This document shows positions 10,505 through 19,744 of a DNA stretch of 29,154 nucleotides, piece after piece. Source of the stretch: a virus (lineage: Duplodnaviria > Heunggongvirae > Uroviricota > Caudoviricetes); IMG/VR virus record IMGVR_UViG_2778261301_000008, positions 1-29,154 of that record. The stretch is one strand, 5' to 3'. The notes beneath the pieces were generated by a model. The model saw only the letters and a program-made list of their open reading frames with translations, did no database searches and had not been told where the DNA came from. Made by a program: the position numbers and the translations under genes. The stretch's first letter is position 1; every line of letters begins with the position of its first letter.

Positions 10505-11208
10505 TAACTGACGGTTACAGTGCAGGAAGTGGAGGTCACTTTGTTAACCGGGCTTGCTGAATCAGAAATCTCGCAGGTATATGCGCCCGCATCACCGGAT
10601 ACTGCCAATGCCTTACTGAACGTTGCCGCCGTCTGTCCGGAAACAGGAGAACTACCTTTCTTCCAGACATAAGAATAAGGCGGCACACCACCGGCAGCCT
10701 CAACCACCATTTCGAGTTTCGCTCCGGCAGAAACCTGCAGCGTGCTGTTTAAATCGACCTTCACTTTCAGCGGCTCTGTCGCCAGCACAGGTTTACCTTT
10801 CAGGCGCAGGGAAAACGTTGCAGCCACAACACCATTGGTTCCTGCAGACCAGGTATGCTGACGCACCTCTGCCATAAAGGTAAATCCGTTTCCTGACGGA
10901 AAAATAACTTTAAAGCCATACGTGGTGTCATTGTCATAGGCACTGCGCAACGCGTTCTGGGCAGCATTGAGGTAAAAGTTGCCTGACATGGAAATCTCTG
11001 ACACGGCACCAAGACCGTTAATATTTTCCTGCTCAACAGAACACAGCGTGGTGACATCAATATCCTGCTTTTGTCCTGCGGTAAACTGCACCTCTTTGAT
11101 TGTACAGCTCAGGCCAAGATAGCTGGCAGAATCCAGGGTTTCTGCTGTTACCGGTGCAGACGAAATCATAATTTTCGTCAGTTGCGAACGCTCAAAATTA
11201 GAGGACAT
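10504..11208 (-). CDS. V: Major tail protein V with C-terminal Ig-like domain
   Basis: 234-aa ORF with AGGAGA Shine-Dalgarno; position immediately upstream of G/GT; C-terminal ~90 aa resembles Big_2/Ig-like domain. Confidence 0.88.
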   Translation of the reverse strand: MSSNFERSQLTKIMISSAPVTAETLDSASYLGLSCTIKEVQFTAGQKQDIDVTTLCSVEQENINGLGAVSEISMSGNFYLNAAQNALRSAYDNDTTYGFKVIFPSGNGFTFMAEVRQHTWSAGTNGVVAATFSLRLKGKPVLATEPLKVKVDLNSTLQVSAGAKLEMVVEAAGGVPPYSYVWKKGSSPVSGQTAATFSKALAVSGDAGAYTCEISDSASPVNKVTSTSCTVTVS

Positions 11209-11223
11209 ACTCGTCTCCTGAAA

Positions 11224-11248
11224 ATAAAAAAACCCGCCAGCGGCGGGT
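11224..11248 (-). terminator. Terminator-like hairpin immediately upstream of V
   Basis: CCCGC-cagcg-GCGGG followed on the minus strand by a T8 run, then the V ribosome-binding site. Confidence 0.45.
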
Positions 11249-11268
11249 GGGTAAAATCATTAACGACC

Positions 11269-11613
11269 TCAGGCTATTACCTGAAATTCAAGCGTGGCTC
11301 TGCTCAGACGGGAATCAGGATCATAACCCTGAGTTTTAGAAATAACGGAGGGTACAAGTTGCCTTACCGCATCAAGCGCCTGTTCTCGGATATCATCTGC
11401 GTCATCAGGCACCGTTGCCCAGACATCGATCTGCACGGTAATTCTGGATTCAGCCTGACCATCAAGCACATCAGACGCCGTGTCAGACACCACAGAAAAC
11501 ACCAGCCACGGCGGAGATACCGCAGGCTTTCCCTCCGTCAGCGGGACCACATAAGGATAAACCTGTCCTCCGGCCAACTGAGACAGCAGGGAATACAGTG
11601 TGGCTTCCCTCAT
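11269..11613 (-). CDS. Tail terminator / tail completion protein (functional analogue of gpU)
   Basis: 114-aa ORF between the HK97 gp10-like gene and the major tail gene; no similarity to lambda U that I can recall, so the call is positional. Confidence 0.55.
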   Translation of the reverse strand: MREATLYSLLSQLAGGQVYPYVVPLTEGKPAVSPPWLVFSVVSDTASDVLDGQAESRITVQIDVWATVPDDADDIREQALDAVRQLVPSVISKTQGYDPDSRLSRATLEFQVIA

Positions 11614-12059
11614 TTACTTAAGACCTCATCAATAGCCTGATTCATTCGCTGTATGGCAACCTGCGCCGCCAGCTCCTCTGTCGTATCGAAAGCCGGGCGA
11701 ATGAATGGATGCGCGGGCATGTTTATCGTTCCCAGCTCCACAAAGCGCCAGTAAAACGCATTTCGGGGATCGCTGGCTTTCATGCTGTTATCACTGTTTC
11801 CGGTTCGCAGGTTCCGTCCGCGAATGTGGACACCCGAGATAATTTCCCCCCGACGCTTTGAACGCTGCGTGAGAACAACCACATTTTTCTTCAGTTTCCC
11901 GGTTCGCTCCGGCGCACGTTCAACAACTTCATCCCGCATAACTTCAGCACCTGCACGGGTGGCATCGCGCAGAACCTTATTGTTTTCTGCCCTGCTGAGC
12001 GTCTCCAGATCCCGTGCAATATCCGCCAGGCCTGAAAAATCAAGACTGAAATCCATCAC
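11610..12059 (-). CDS. HK97 gp10-family head-tail joining / neck protein
   Basis: 149-aa ORF with a PAHPF(I/L)RPA-type motif typical of the family as I recall it. Confidence 0.7.
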   Translation of the reverse strand: MMDFSLDFSGLADIARDLETLSRAENNKVLRDATRAGAEVMRDEVVERAPERTGKLKKNVVVLTQRSKRRGEIISGVHIRGRNLRTGNSDNSMKASDPRNAFYWRFVELGTINMPAHPFIRPAFDTTEELAAQVAIQRMNQAIDEVLSK

Positions 12060-12394
12060 ACATTCCCCTTCAGGCTGCAGAGTATTTCAAGCCGGGTGGC
12101 GCGTGCATCCGGTATTGGTGGCCCTTCTATACCAAGAGTGGCCCCTTTAAATGCACCGGTCAGCACTTTCAGACGTGAAGTCGCTGTCACATCGTGCCGA
12201 AATCGCATCCAGACTCTGACCGTAGCCTGAGCGGTTTCTGCACCTCCTGATATTCTCTCCCTCCCGCTGATACCCTTAACTTCTGCCCATACGGTAGCTC
12301 CCTCCGTCACCGTCTCCACCGGATGCCCTGACGGAGAGCGGGCGGTGGTGACATTCAGAATAGTTACGCGATCACGTAATCTGCCCGCCTGCAT
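12056..12394 (-). CDS. Head closure / head-tail adaptor protein
   Basis: 112-aa ORF in the conserved position between connector and neck genes. Confidence 0.65.
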   Translation of the reverse strand: MQAGRLRDRVTILNVTTARSPSGHPVETVTEGATVWAEVKGISGRERISGGAETAQATVRVWMRFRHDVTATSRLKVLTGAFKGATLGIEGPPIPDARATRLEILCSLKGNV

Positions 12395-12402
12395 GGTTCC
12401 TC

Positions 12403-12720
12403 CTACAAAGGAATAAAACGATAAGGCTCCAGCAGAGAAGAAAAACCAAACGGGACTGGTACCTTGCTGACATCTGAGGAATTTTCCCGGTTTTCGTACC
12501 AGTGTCCGACCAGCAACATGAGCGCCAACAAAACATCATCAGCTATAAGCACCCCTTCAGGATCACCTTCCGGCACCATCTCCTCATAAAGCTTACGGTT
12601 GATAAAATTTTCTGCCTTGCGGCAGGCAGCCCGGAAATACAGCATCAGTAACTCATCATCAGTTGCATCATCTGTATCAATACGGCACTGCGCCCTGAGT
12701 TTTTCCACTATTGCTGCCAT
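12403..12720 (-). CDS. Head-tail connector protein (gp6-like)
   Basis: Track ORF 12403-12765 trimmed to ATG (MAAIVEKLRAQ...) with AGGAG Shine-Dalgarno; the longer form would begin inside a hairpin after the capsid gene. Confidence 0.65.
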   Translation of the reverse strand: MAAIVEKLRAQCRIDTDDATDDELLMLYFRAACRKAENFINRKLYEEMVPEGDPEGVLIADDVLLALMLLVGHWYENRENSSDVSKVPVPFGFSSLLEPYRFIPL

Positions 12721-12764
12721 CAGAAACTCCTGCCCGCAACACTGTGCGGGCATAAAAAACTGCA

Positions 12765-13988
12765 TTACGCAGCGGCTTTCTGGCGGGTTGCAGCACCGAT
12801 CTTCATCAGCTTAATCGCCTGAGAATCCACCAGCATACCGCCGGTTCGCTTGGTGGTATAAAAACCCACGAACGGCTTGTTGGTATACGGGTCGCGCAGG
12901 ATACGGGTACCGATGCGATCAACGATGGTATAGCCACGTTTAAAGTTACCAAACGCAATGGCTTTTGCATCGGCGGCAATATCCGGCATCTGCTCATTTT
13001 CAACGATGCCATACCCTGCCAGAGAAGAAGGCTGACCCAGCTCAATGCCCGGACGCCACAGATAATTTCCGTCGTTATCCTTCAGCAGACGAATGGCAAA
13101 CAGGCTGCTGTTGTTCATCATAAACTTCGCGCCGCTGCGGTGCGCCTTGCGCAGGGTGTAAATCAGTTTAATGATCGCATCAGCGGTCACGCCGGAAGCC
13201 GCACCGGAAGCAATGTGCTGAAGTTTGCCAAACGCACGGGTCTTGTCATCTTCATCAGTGGACTCATAAGCCAGAAAACCTTTTGGTTTTTTGCTGCCGT
13301 CGCCACTGGTAAAGGCAATTTCTTCCTGTTCGGCAAATTCCAGCGCCAGCTCACTGTTGATCCAGTCTTCCACATTGAAGAAAGCATCATCGAGCATTTT
13401 CTGGGTAGCCTGCGGGTTGCCGTAGATTTCCCCCATAAAGGGTTCAATCAGCCCCAGTTTTGAGGTGGCGGTTTCCGGACGTGCATCCGTTTCCCCCACC
13501 CATCCGGACGTTGTGCCGCCCAGATTCACCAGTTTTTTATAATCCGAGCCCCCGAGGGTGATCACAGTGGCTTCCTGGCGCATCACCACCTCATCTTTCA
13601 GTAGCGTCAGAATGGTGCGATCCAGTTCTTCCGGAATGGCATAACCGCCATCTTCATCATTGCCCACCTGCAGCGCCTTACGCTCCAGCTCACGCAGGCC
13701 GTCTTCACGCCCCTTGCGCATAAATCCGATAAACGCTTCTTTGTGTTCACTGGCAACTTTATTTTGCGTGCCGCCTGCCGGACGCTTGATGTCTGCCAGC
13801 TCTTTTTCCAGGTCGCTTTTCAGGTTCTCCAGCTCGCTGATTTGCCCGTTCAGGCTTTCCACCTGTTCGGCCAGCTTGCCTTTTTCCTGTTCGATCGCGT
13901 CAATGCGCTTGTCGTTTTTTGCCTTAAAATCGTCAAACTTCTGCTGCAGCTCCTGCGCGACCTGCTCCACATCTTTAATGTCAGCCAT
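12765..13988 (-). CDS. Major capsid protein, HK97 fold, with N-terminal delta (scaffolding) domain
   Basis: 407-aa ORF; N-terminal ~100 aa coiled-coil (KLAEQVESLNGQISELENLKSDLEKELADIK); directly follows the prohead protease; AGGAG Shine-Dalgarno. Confidence 0.9.
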   Translation of the reverse strand: MADIKDVEQVAQELQQKFDDFKAKNDKRIDAIEQEKGKLAEQVESLNGQISELENLKSDLEKELADIKRPAGGTQNKVASEHKEAFIGFMRKGREDGLRELERKALQVGNDEDGGYAIPEELDRTILTLLKDEVVMRQEATVITLGGSDYKKLVNLGGTTSGWVGETDARPETATSKLGLIEPFMGEIYGNPQATQKMLDDAFFNVEDWINSELALEFAEQEEIAFTSGDGSKKPKGFLAYESTDEDDKTRAFGKLQHIASGAASGVTADAIIKLIYTLRKAHRSGAKFMMNNSSLFAIRLLKDNDGNYLWRPGIELGQPSSLAGYGIVENEQMPDIAADAKAIAFGNFKRGYTIVDRIGTRILRDPYTNKPFVGFYTTKRTGGMLVDSQAIKLMKIGAATRQKAAA

Positions 13989-14002
13989 TATTTTTCTCCT
14001 GG

Positions 14003-14653
14003 TTAAAATTTAAGATTTTTCAGTGCATTCAGTGCGGCATCCACATCCTCAGCATCACGCAGGGATAAAGCGCCATATCCCCCGGCCATGAATGCTTTGG
14101 CCTGGGTTCGCGAGAGTCCAACATCGCGCAGGACTCGCTCAATAATTTTCTGATCAGGGATCTCCCCACGCGCCAGCGCATTTTTCACATCGCTGATGCG
14201 TGCCTCATCATTGGAAGGAAACGTCACCAGACTGACCTCCCACAGGTCGATCTCTTTCAGCAGGAATACCCCTTTTTCACGGTCGTACTCCCAGTCTTTC
14301 AGGATGTAGCCAATAGAAAGGCCGGTTAAAGAACCGGCCTTCATATGAGCATGTGCACGTTTTGCCAGGGGATCATCATCAACGAGTAATCGCCCCCTGA
14401 CATAAAGCCCGACATCATCTTCTTTCATTTCGGTGTACACACCGATGGGCTCATCCATGCGGTGCTGCCAGAGCAACGCAGGCAGCGCCTTTTTTTCGCT
14501 CCATTTCTGGAGTGTTGTGGTAAAGGCACCGGGGACCACCACATCATCATGGCTGTCCTTAACACCAAAAACAGAGCCGTAACCTTCAAACTCCCCGGAA
14601 TCACTGACTGATTTCAGGTTCAGCGGTATATCAAGACGCTGTTTTGTCTGCAT
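14003..14653 (-). CDS. Prohead protease (HK97 family)
   Basis: Track ORF 14003-14683 trimmed to ATG (MQTKQRLDIPL...) with AAGGAGAG Shine-Dalgarno; lies between portal and capsid genes. Confidence 0.85.
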   Translation of the reverse strand: MQTKQRLDIPLNLKSVSDSGEFEGYGSVFGVKDSHDDVVVPGAFTTTLQKWSEKKALPALLWQHRMDEPIGVYTEMKEDDVGLYVRGRLLVDDDPLAKRAHAHMKAGSLTGLSIGYILKDWEYDREKGVFLLKEIDLWEVSLVTFPSNDEARISDVKNALARGEIPDQKIIERVLRDVGLSRTQAKAFMAGGYGALSLRDAEDVDAALNALKNLKF

Positions 14654-15872
14654 CTCCACTCTCCTTTTTCTTACCGTTGCCATTGCCAGCAGAGGGACTG
14701 GTGGTCATGTTCATCGGTGTCAGATACACATCACCACCCGGTCGGGGATTCATATCCTCCAGATCACGGCAGTCATTAGGGGAATAAATCCCCCAGTTGA
14801 TCCCCGTGGCATACGCTTCAAAGCGGGATTTCATGTCACCACGCAACAACGCCCCGGCATTAAATTTGGCGTAAAATTTTCCCTTTTTATTCTCCCTCAC
14901 CAGCCCTGTATTGATCCGCTGTTCAATACGGGTCAGATACGGCACAAGGGAATAGTTAATGAAGCCAAGCCCCAGCTCTTCAATATTGTTGAAGGTGGCG
15001 CGGTCAGTGTTCTGCACCATATGTAGTGGCACGCGGAAAAGACGACAGATTTCTTCCAGCTGAAACTTGCGGGTTTCCAGGAACTGGCTGTCCTCGGCAT
15101 TTAGTGCCACCGGCTTCCAGTCCAGCCCCATTTCCAGAATCATCGGACGGTGCGCATTACCCAGCCCAAGATGACGCTCCTCAAAATCCCTCTTCATGCG
15201 CTCATAAGCATCCGGCGTGAGCTTTTGTTCCGTACGCAACACACCGGATGTCACAGCACCGTTACCAAACAACCTGGCGCCGTGCTCCTCGGTTGCCGCT
15301 GCCAGTGAAATGGCCTCACGCGCATACGCAATGGGATTCAGCCCGACCAGTCCGTCCAGCGTCAGAGTGCGCACATGCCAGATTTCATCCTGGGTCAGCA
15401 CATCCACGGAACCATCCGGAAACGTCACCTGATAAACCGGCTGCCACTGACAGTTCAGCTTCGGCTCCACACAACCCGGATCTATCGGAAGAAGCTCCAC
15501 CACTTCTCCCAGCGCCTTCACCTTGTAAGCGTAAAAGTTCCCCCGCAAACACAGGCAGACGATAACCAGCTCCCAGAATTCCTGCGGTGTCATGTAGCCA
15601 TTGGGTTTTGCCGAAATCAGCTTATGCAGTCGTTCATCCACCGCCCGTGTTTTAAGGGTGCCGGTGATTTTGTAGAGGCTACAGGGCAGCATACCAACAG
15701 ACTCCGCCAGCACTCTGACGCAGGAATACACCGCCGTCAGCCGCATGGCCCGCTGACTGCTGATCCGCTTTCCGGTATAGGTGTCGTATGACAATCCCAG
15801 CTCTTCCGCAAGCATCCCGGGTGTTGTAACGGGAGTGTTATTTTTGCGTTGAAAAAGCCCCTGGAAAAACAT
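14631..15872 (-). CDS. Portal protein (HK97 family)
   Basis: 413-aa ORF following the terminase large subunit; GGAGGTGA Shine-Dalgarno. Confidence 0.9.
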   Translation of the reverse strand: MFFQGLFQRKNNTPVTTPGMLAEELGLSYDTYTGKRISSQRAMRLTAVYSCVRVLAESVGMLPCSLYKITGTLKTRAVDERLHKLISAKPNGYMTPQEFWELVIVCLCLRGNFYAYKVKALGEVVELLPIDPGCVEPKLNCQWQPVYQVTFPDGSVDVLTQDEIWHVRTLTLDGLVGLNPIAYAREAISLAAATEEHGARLFGNGAVTSGVLRTEQKLTPDAYERMKRDFEERHLGLGNAHRPMILEMGLDWKPVALNAEDSQFLETRKFQLEEICRLFRVPLHMVQNTDRATFNNIEELGLGFINYSLVPYLTRIEQRINTGLVRENKKGKFYAKFNAGALLRGDMKSRFEAYATGINWGIYSPNDCRDLEDMNPRPGGDVYLTPMNMTTSPSAGNGNGKKKESGDADKTAS

Positions 15873-16054
15873 TACTCACCTCCGGAGGCGACCCGCTGAC
15901 CGCGATCGAGATAACGCGCAACCAGCCACGACCAGCACAGGCACAGCGCCCCGGCAACAACAAAACCTGCCGGGGGATAAATCAGCCATGTGCCATACGA
16001 CAGCAAAAGCGCCCCCAGCACGCCCACCAGTGGTGTGAGAATTATCAGAAACAT
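15872..16054 (-). CDS. Hypothetical small hydrophobic protein (60 aa, two predicted membrane helices) between terminase and portal
   Basis: [60 protein letters not shown]; ATG with GAGGT Shine-Dalgarno; fills the terL-portal gap. Confidence 0.4.
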   Translation of the reverse strand: MFLIILTPLVGVLGALLLSYGTWLIYPPAGFVVAGALCLCWSWLVARYLDRGQRVASGGE

Positions 16055-16065
16055 AATGACCTCGG

Positions 16066-17823
16066 TTAAAGCGAGCGAATACCAACGCTGACCAGATGCT
16101 CAGACAGATCCGGCTCCGGTTCACCGCCATTGACCAGCATCCGGCTCATTGCTGTAAACATCGCAACAGGGCCGTCGATTTTGGCTTCCGGCGTGGATTT
16201 ATTCGGGAAGATATTGTCGTTTTTGTCCGGTTTTACCGTAACGTTAGACATCATCCAGTTCATGACCGGATGATTGCTGTGGTGGAAACGTCCGGCATAA
16301 ACCAGTGATTCCGTTTCCTTCATGGCCTCTGACAGATTGCGGACCGTCTGCGGAACCTCCACCAGCGGTATCCCTTCTTCAGCCAGTGCCAGGCTGAACT
16401 GCATTGCGCTCCACGGGTCAAATCCCAGTTCCCTGAGGTTTTCACCGCCAATCCATTCCAGTAAGTCACTTTTTATCTGAGCATGATCGATAACATCACC
16501 ATCCGTCAGGATGAGCTTATCCATCTCCGCCCACTTCCGGTAAAGTTCTGCCTGCTGCCGTGAACACCGTTCCAGTCGCCCTTCCGGAAGCCAGAATTTA
16601 AAATCGGCATGAACATGCCCGTTATCCGTTCGCCAGAGTTTTGCCGCCGCACAGATATCAATCTTATGAGCAAGGTCGACGCCGACCCACATGGGATACG
16701 TTTTCAGCTCATGTCGTGGGGCGATGTATTCGCACTTCTCCCACTTAATCATGTCCATCCAGGCCGATTCGGCAGTGACCCACACATTCATGTGTTTCGT
16801 GAAAAAATTCACCCGCGCCGAGACCTGCTCCTTCGCCTTTTTCGCCAGACGACGCAGATCATCCCAGCGTTTACAGATGCCCAGGCCGGGATTCGCTTTC
16901 TGCCAGACCGTTTCATCAAACGGATCATCTCCCTCATCGAGCGTGTAAATAATTGCAAAGTAGGAGTCGTCTTTTACCGCGCCCTCCACGTCGCTGTTAT
17001 AGCCTCGCAATACCTTGATGGCGTAATCGCGTTGCTCGTAACAAATCCCTTCCTTGTTAAAGCCCGCCGTGGTGATACCAAATAACAGGGACTGCAGACG
17101 GGCACCGGTTGCCGTTTCCAGAACGTCCCACACGTCGCGGGTTTTATGTGCATGCAGCTCATCAATAATGGCGCAGTGGATGTTCAGACCGTCCAGGTTG
17201 TTTGCATCCGAGGAAAGGGGTTCAAATTTTGATGCGCTCTGCTCCTGGTAGATCGCCAGCTTGTTGAAATCAAACAATCGCCCGAGTGTCGACCGGGCTT
17301 TTCTGACCATATTTTTGGCGTCTTCAAACACGATTCTGGCCTGGTCACGCGTGGTTGCGGCTGAATACACCTCAGCCCCGCCTTCACCATCTGCCCCCGT
17401 CATATACAGACCGATACCCGATGACAGGGTTGATTTTGCGTTTTTACGGGCAACTTCGTTGTACGCCGTCCGGAACCGGCGCACCATCACCGGGCGTCCG
17501 CTGCCATCGCTGCGCATGACAACTTCCCCGGTCTCTTCATTCACCAGCGGAATGACAAAACCAAAAATATTAATGAGGATAAATACATGCCAGTCCATCA
17601 ACTCAATGGGCTGACCTGCCAGCGCCCCTTTCACATGGGGCACAAATTTGTAGAAATTCAGGATGTGCTGCGCACGGGGTTCACTGAAATAAATCCCCCG
17701 CTCTTCGCCGTACTTCAGATCATCAAGAAAACGCTGGCAGGCCAGACGGACAAATTCGCCAGCGACAATTTCTCCTGCAACAACACGTTCGGCGTAGCGG
17801 ATCCCGTCAGCCACTTTTGCCAT
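16066..17823 (-). CDS. Terminase large subunit
   Basis: 585-aa ORF with N-terminal ATPase-like and C-terminal nuclease-like regions, located between TerS and portal. Confidence 0.93.
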   Translation of the reverse strand: MAKVADGIRYAERVVAGEIVAGEFVRLACQRFLDDLKYGEERGIYFSEPRAQHILNFYKFVPHVKGALAGQPIELMDWHVFILINIFGFVIPLVNEETGEVVMRSDGSGRPVMVRRFRTAYNEVARKNAKSTLSSGIGLYMTGADGEGGAEVYSAATTRDQARIVFEDAKNMVRKARSTLGRLFDFNKLAIYQEQSASKFEPLSSDANNLDGLNIHCAIIDELHAHKTRDVWDVLETATGARLQSLLFGITTAGFNKEGICYEQRDYAIKVLRGYNSDVEGAVKDDSYFAIIYTLDEGDDPFDETVWQKANPGLGICKRWDDLRRLAKKAKEQVSARVNFFTKHMNVWVTAESAWMDMIKWEKCEYIAPRHELKTYPMWVGVDLAHKIDICAAAKLWRTDNGHVHADFKFWLPEGRLERCSRQQAELYRKWAEMDKLILTDGDVIDHAQIKSDLLEWIGGENLRELGFDPWSAMQFSLALAEEGIPLVEVPQTVRNLSEAMKETESLVYAGRFHHSNHPVMNWMMSNVTVKPDKNDNIFPNKSTPEAKIDGPVAMFTAMSRMLVNGGEPEPDLSEHLVSVGIRSL

Positions 17824-18305
17824 CAGTCTCTCGCTTTTAAAAGCTCTGCCAGTGGATCAACATCATCCGGTCCGGCGGTATTTACTTTCGCCCGGCTTGC
17901 CGGTGACATACCAAACTCTGCAAGCATCGCCCGGATCCGCTTCCAGGCATCCGCCTTCATCGCCGCAGCCGGATGTGCCTTGATCATCACATCGCCATTC
18001 TGCGTTTCCGTGCGGTAGGTATAACCCTCAACATCGAGTGTTTCGCAGTGATGCCGGTATTCGATGTAGGCTTCCACCAGTAACTCGAGTGCACGCGCAT
18101 CAAGCTGAGAAATGATCCCTTCCGCATTCAGTTCTTCCGCCATTCGCCTGAACCAGTACTTCCCCTGCGCCCCTAAATGTTGCGGAATTTTAGGGAGACC
18201 TTTTTCATCCTTTTTAGCGGTTTTTTTTGGGTCTTTAACGGGGCGCTTTGAGGGGTTGCCTCGTATCAAATGCAGGCGTGGCGGGGTTTTCTGGGGTCCA
18301 GGCAT
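17823..18305 (-). CDS. Terminase small subunit (P27 family)
   Basis: 160-aa ORF with a basic N-terminus (PKKTAKKDEKGLP), overlapping the terL start. Confidence 0.85.
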   Translation of the reverse strand: MPGPQKTPPRLHLIRGNPSKRPVKDPKKTAKKDEKGLPKIPQHLGAQGKYWFRRMAEELNAEGIISQLDARALELLVEAYIEYRHHCETLDVEGYTYRTETQNGDVMIKAHPAAAMKADAWKRIRAMLAEFGMSPASRAKVNTAGPDDVDPLAELLKARD

Positions 18306-18534
18306 AATCGGTTTTACCTATCAATCATTTAATCACATTCCAAAAAAAAGTTTTCGAACCTGCGGCGATGCGAGGAAAGGTCAGGCGGCGGTACTGAGCA
18401 GCCTGGGTTGCAGAGATTTGATCCCCCCCCTCCCCCTTGAAGATGGCGGCAAAAAGCAGATACTGGCCATCCATCAGGATGCTCAGCATGGTGTATTCAG
18501 TTAATCTCAATAAATAAAAGATGGAGTCTAAGAA

Positions 18535-19050
18535 ATGGATAAAACCAGAAAATATGACAGAGCCTTACAACTTGAAATCCTCAATACCCTTATAGATTGC
18601 GCGCCTCACTCTTTAAACAAGGCACAGGAGCGAGACCTCATTGAGAAGTTTGACAGTTACGATCACTTTGTGGCGTGCATGTTATACCTTGAAATGCATG
18701 GTCTCGTTTCTACTCCCTTCTTACGCAGCGATACCATGGCTGGCGTTGATTTTATCTTCAATGCCGCGTACTGCAACATTACAGAGAAAGGAATTGATTT
18801 TCTTCTCGATGATAGCGGCTTAAGTGCGATCCTTAAAGTTCAAACCGTTCGGTTACACAGTGACACGATTGTTGCCCTTGAGGATATAATCCGTGTCTCA
18901 AATATATCTGAAGATCAGAAGAAGGGATTGATTTCAAAACTCCGAGAGCTTCCGGGAGACGCCATAAAACATTTGACCCTACAGTTACTGACTCAGGGGG
19001 TTCTGAATCTGCCGAACGCACTTCGACTAATTCAAACAACCCTCCAGTAG
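18535..19050 (+). CDS. Hypothetical protein (171 aa) of unknown function; low-GC gene on the opposite strand
   Basis: Plus-strand ORF with GGAG Shine-Dalgarno 8 nt before the ATG; visibly lower GC than the flanks; predicted helical and soluble; I recognise no family. Confidence 0.6.
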   Translation: MDKTRKYDRALQLEILNTLIDCAPHSLNKAQERDLIEKFDSYDHFVACMLYLEMHGLVSTPFLRSDTMAGVDFIFNAAYCNITEKGIDFLLDDSGLSAILKVQTVRLHSDTIVALEDIIRVSNISEDQKKGLISKLRELPGDAIKHLTLQLLTQGVLNLPNALRLIQTTLQ

Positions 19051-19185
19051 GGCTAAACTCATCTGAGGGGCGAATTAACTCAAATTTGCCCCATCCCAGT
19101 TTTTCACTTAAAACAACCCAAAATCCCTCCCGGGTATCTGCATGAATATAGAAACTATTTTTATGCATTACAGCAGTGAATATTA

Positions 19186-19536
19186 TCATCGAATACGTTC
19201 CCTTGCTGTCTTCGCTCTGTGGCATTCCAGGCATAACGACTCAAGATTGGAGTCATCATCGGTGCCGCCATGAGCTTTTGGAATGATGTGGTCTACAGCC
19301 CTGGCCTCAACGGCTCTCCCATTGCGCAGGCAGTTCTGACACAGATGATTATCACGCTTCAGTATGCGCGCACGTATGGCATCCCATTTCGAGCCATAGC
19401 CACGCTGGTGGCGACTCAGTCCGCGTTGATGCTGTACCCATCCTTCGCCACGATGTTTATCGCAGTAACCAGAACTGTCTGTGGTTGTACCTGCGCATCC
19501 ACGCTTACGGCAGGCGCGTGGGATTCGTGATGGCAT
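19186..19536 (-). CDS. HNH endonuclease (packaging-associated, HK97 gp74-like)
   Basis: 116-aa ORF with Cys pairs and H-N-H motif residues (DHIIPKAHGGTDDDSNLESLCLECH); its position upstream of cos/terS is typical of HK97-like phages. Confidence 0.85.
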   Translation of the reverse strand: MPSRIPRACRKRGCAGTTTDSSGYCDKHRGEGWVQHQRGLSRHQRGYGSKWDAIRARILKRDNHLCQNCLRNGRAVEARAVDHIIPKAHGGTDDDSNLESLCLECHRAKTARERIR

Positions 19537-19543
19537 TAATACC

Positions 19544-19744
19544 TCACACCATGTTCAGTTGAATGACGGGCTGATTCTCGATATGTTCTGCTGTCAGTCT
19601 GAAAGTCACAGTGACTGTTGGTGGCTCGCCTCCGCGTGACTCTGTCCTGGCGGAAAGCTGCCCTTCCAGTAACTCACCATCAACTGCAATCCCATACCCT
19701 ACGAAATGTTTACCACGATAAAGTTTTGCCAGTTGGTAATTCAT
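19544..19744 (-). CDS. Hypothetical protein (66 aa)
   Basis: ATG overlaps the stop of the upstream small gene (ATGA), suggesting translational coupling. Confidence 0.45.
   Translation of the reverse strand: MNYQLAKLYRGKHFVGYGIAVDGELLEGQLSARTESRGGEPPTVTVTFRLTAEHIENQPVIQLNMV

Noticed and set aside
12731-12750. Palindrome CCCGCA-acactg-TGCGGG between the capsid stop and the connector start as a terminator
   Set aside because: The T-run precedes rather than follows the hairpin on the coding strand, so it does not fit a rho-independent terminator; more likely an RNA stability or processing element, and I have no evidence either way.
18325-18510. Minus-strand 61-aa ORF in the TerS upstream region
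   Set aside because: It sits in the presumed cos / non-coding region with no ribosome-binding site; likely a chance ORF.
18833-19234. Minus-strand 133-aa ORF overlapping the 3' end of the plus-strand gene
   Set aside because: It overlaps the better-supported plus-strand gene over 18833-19050 and its start has no convincing ribosome-binding site; the non-overlapping 19051-19234 part might still encode something, but I cannot support it.
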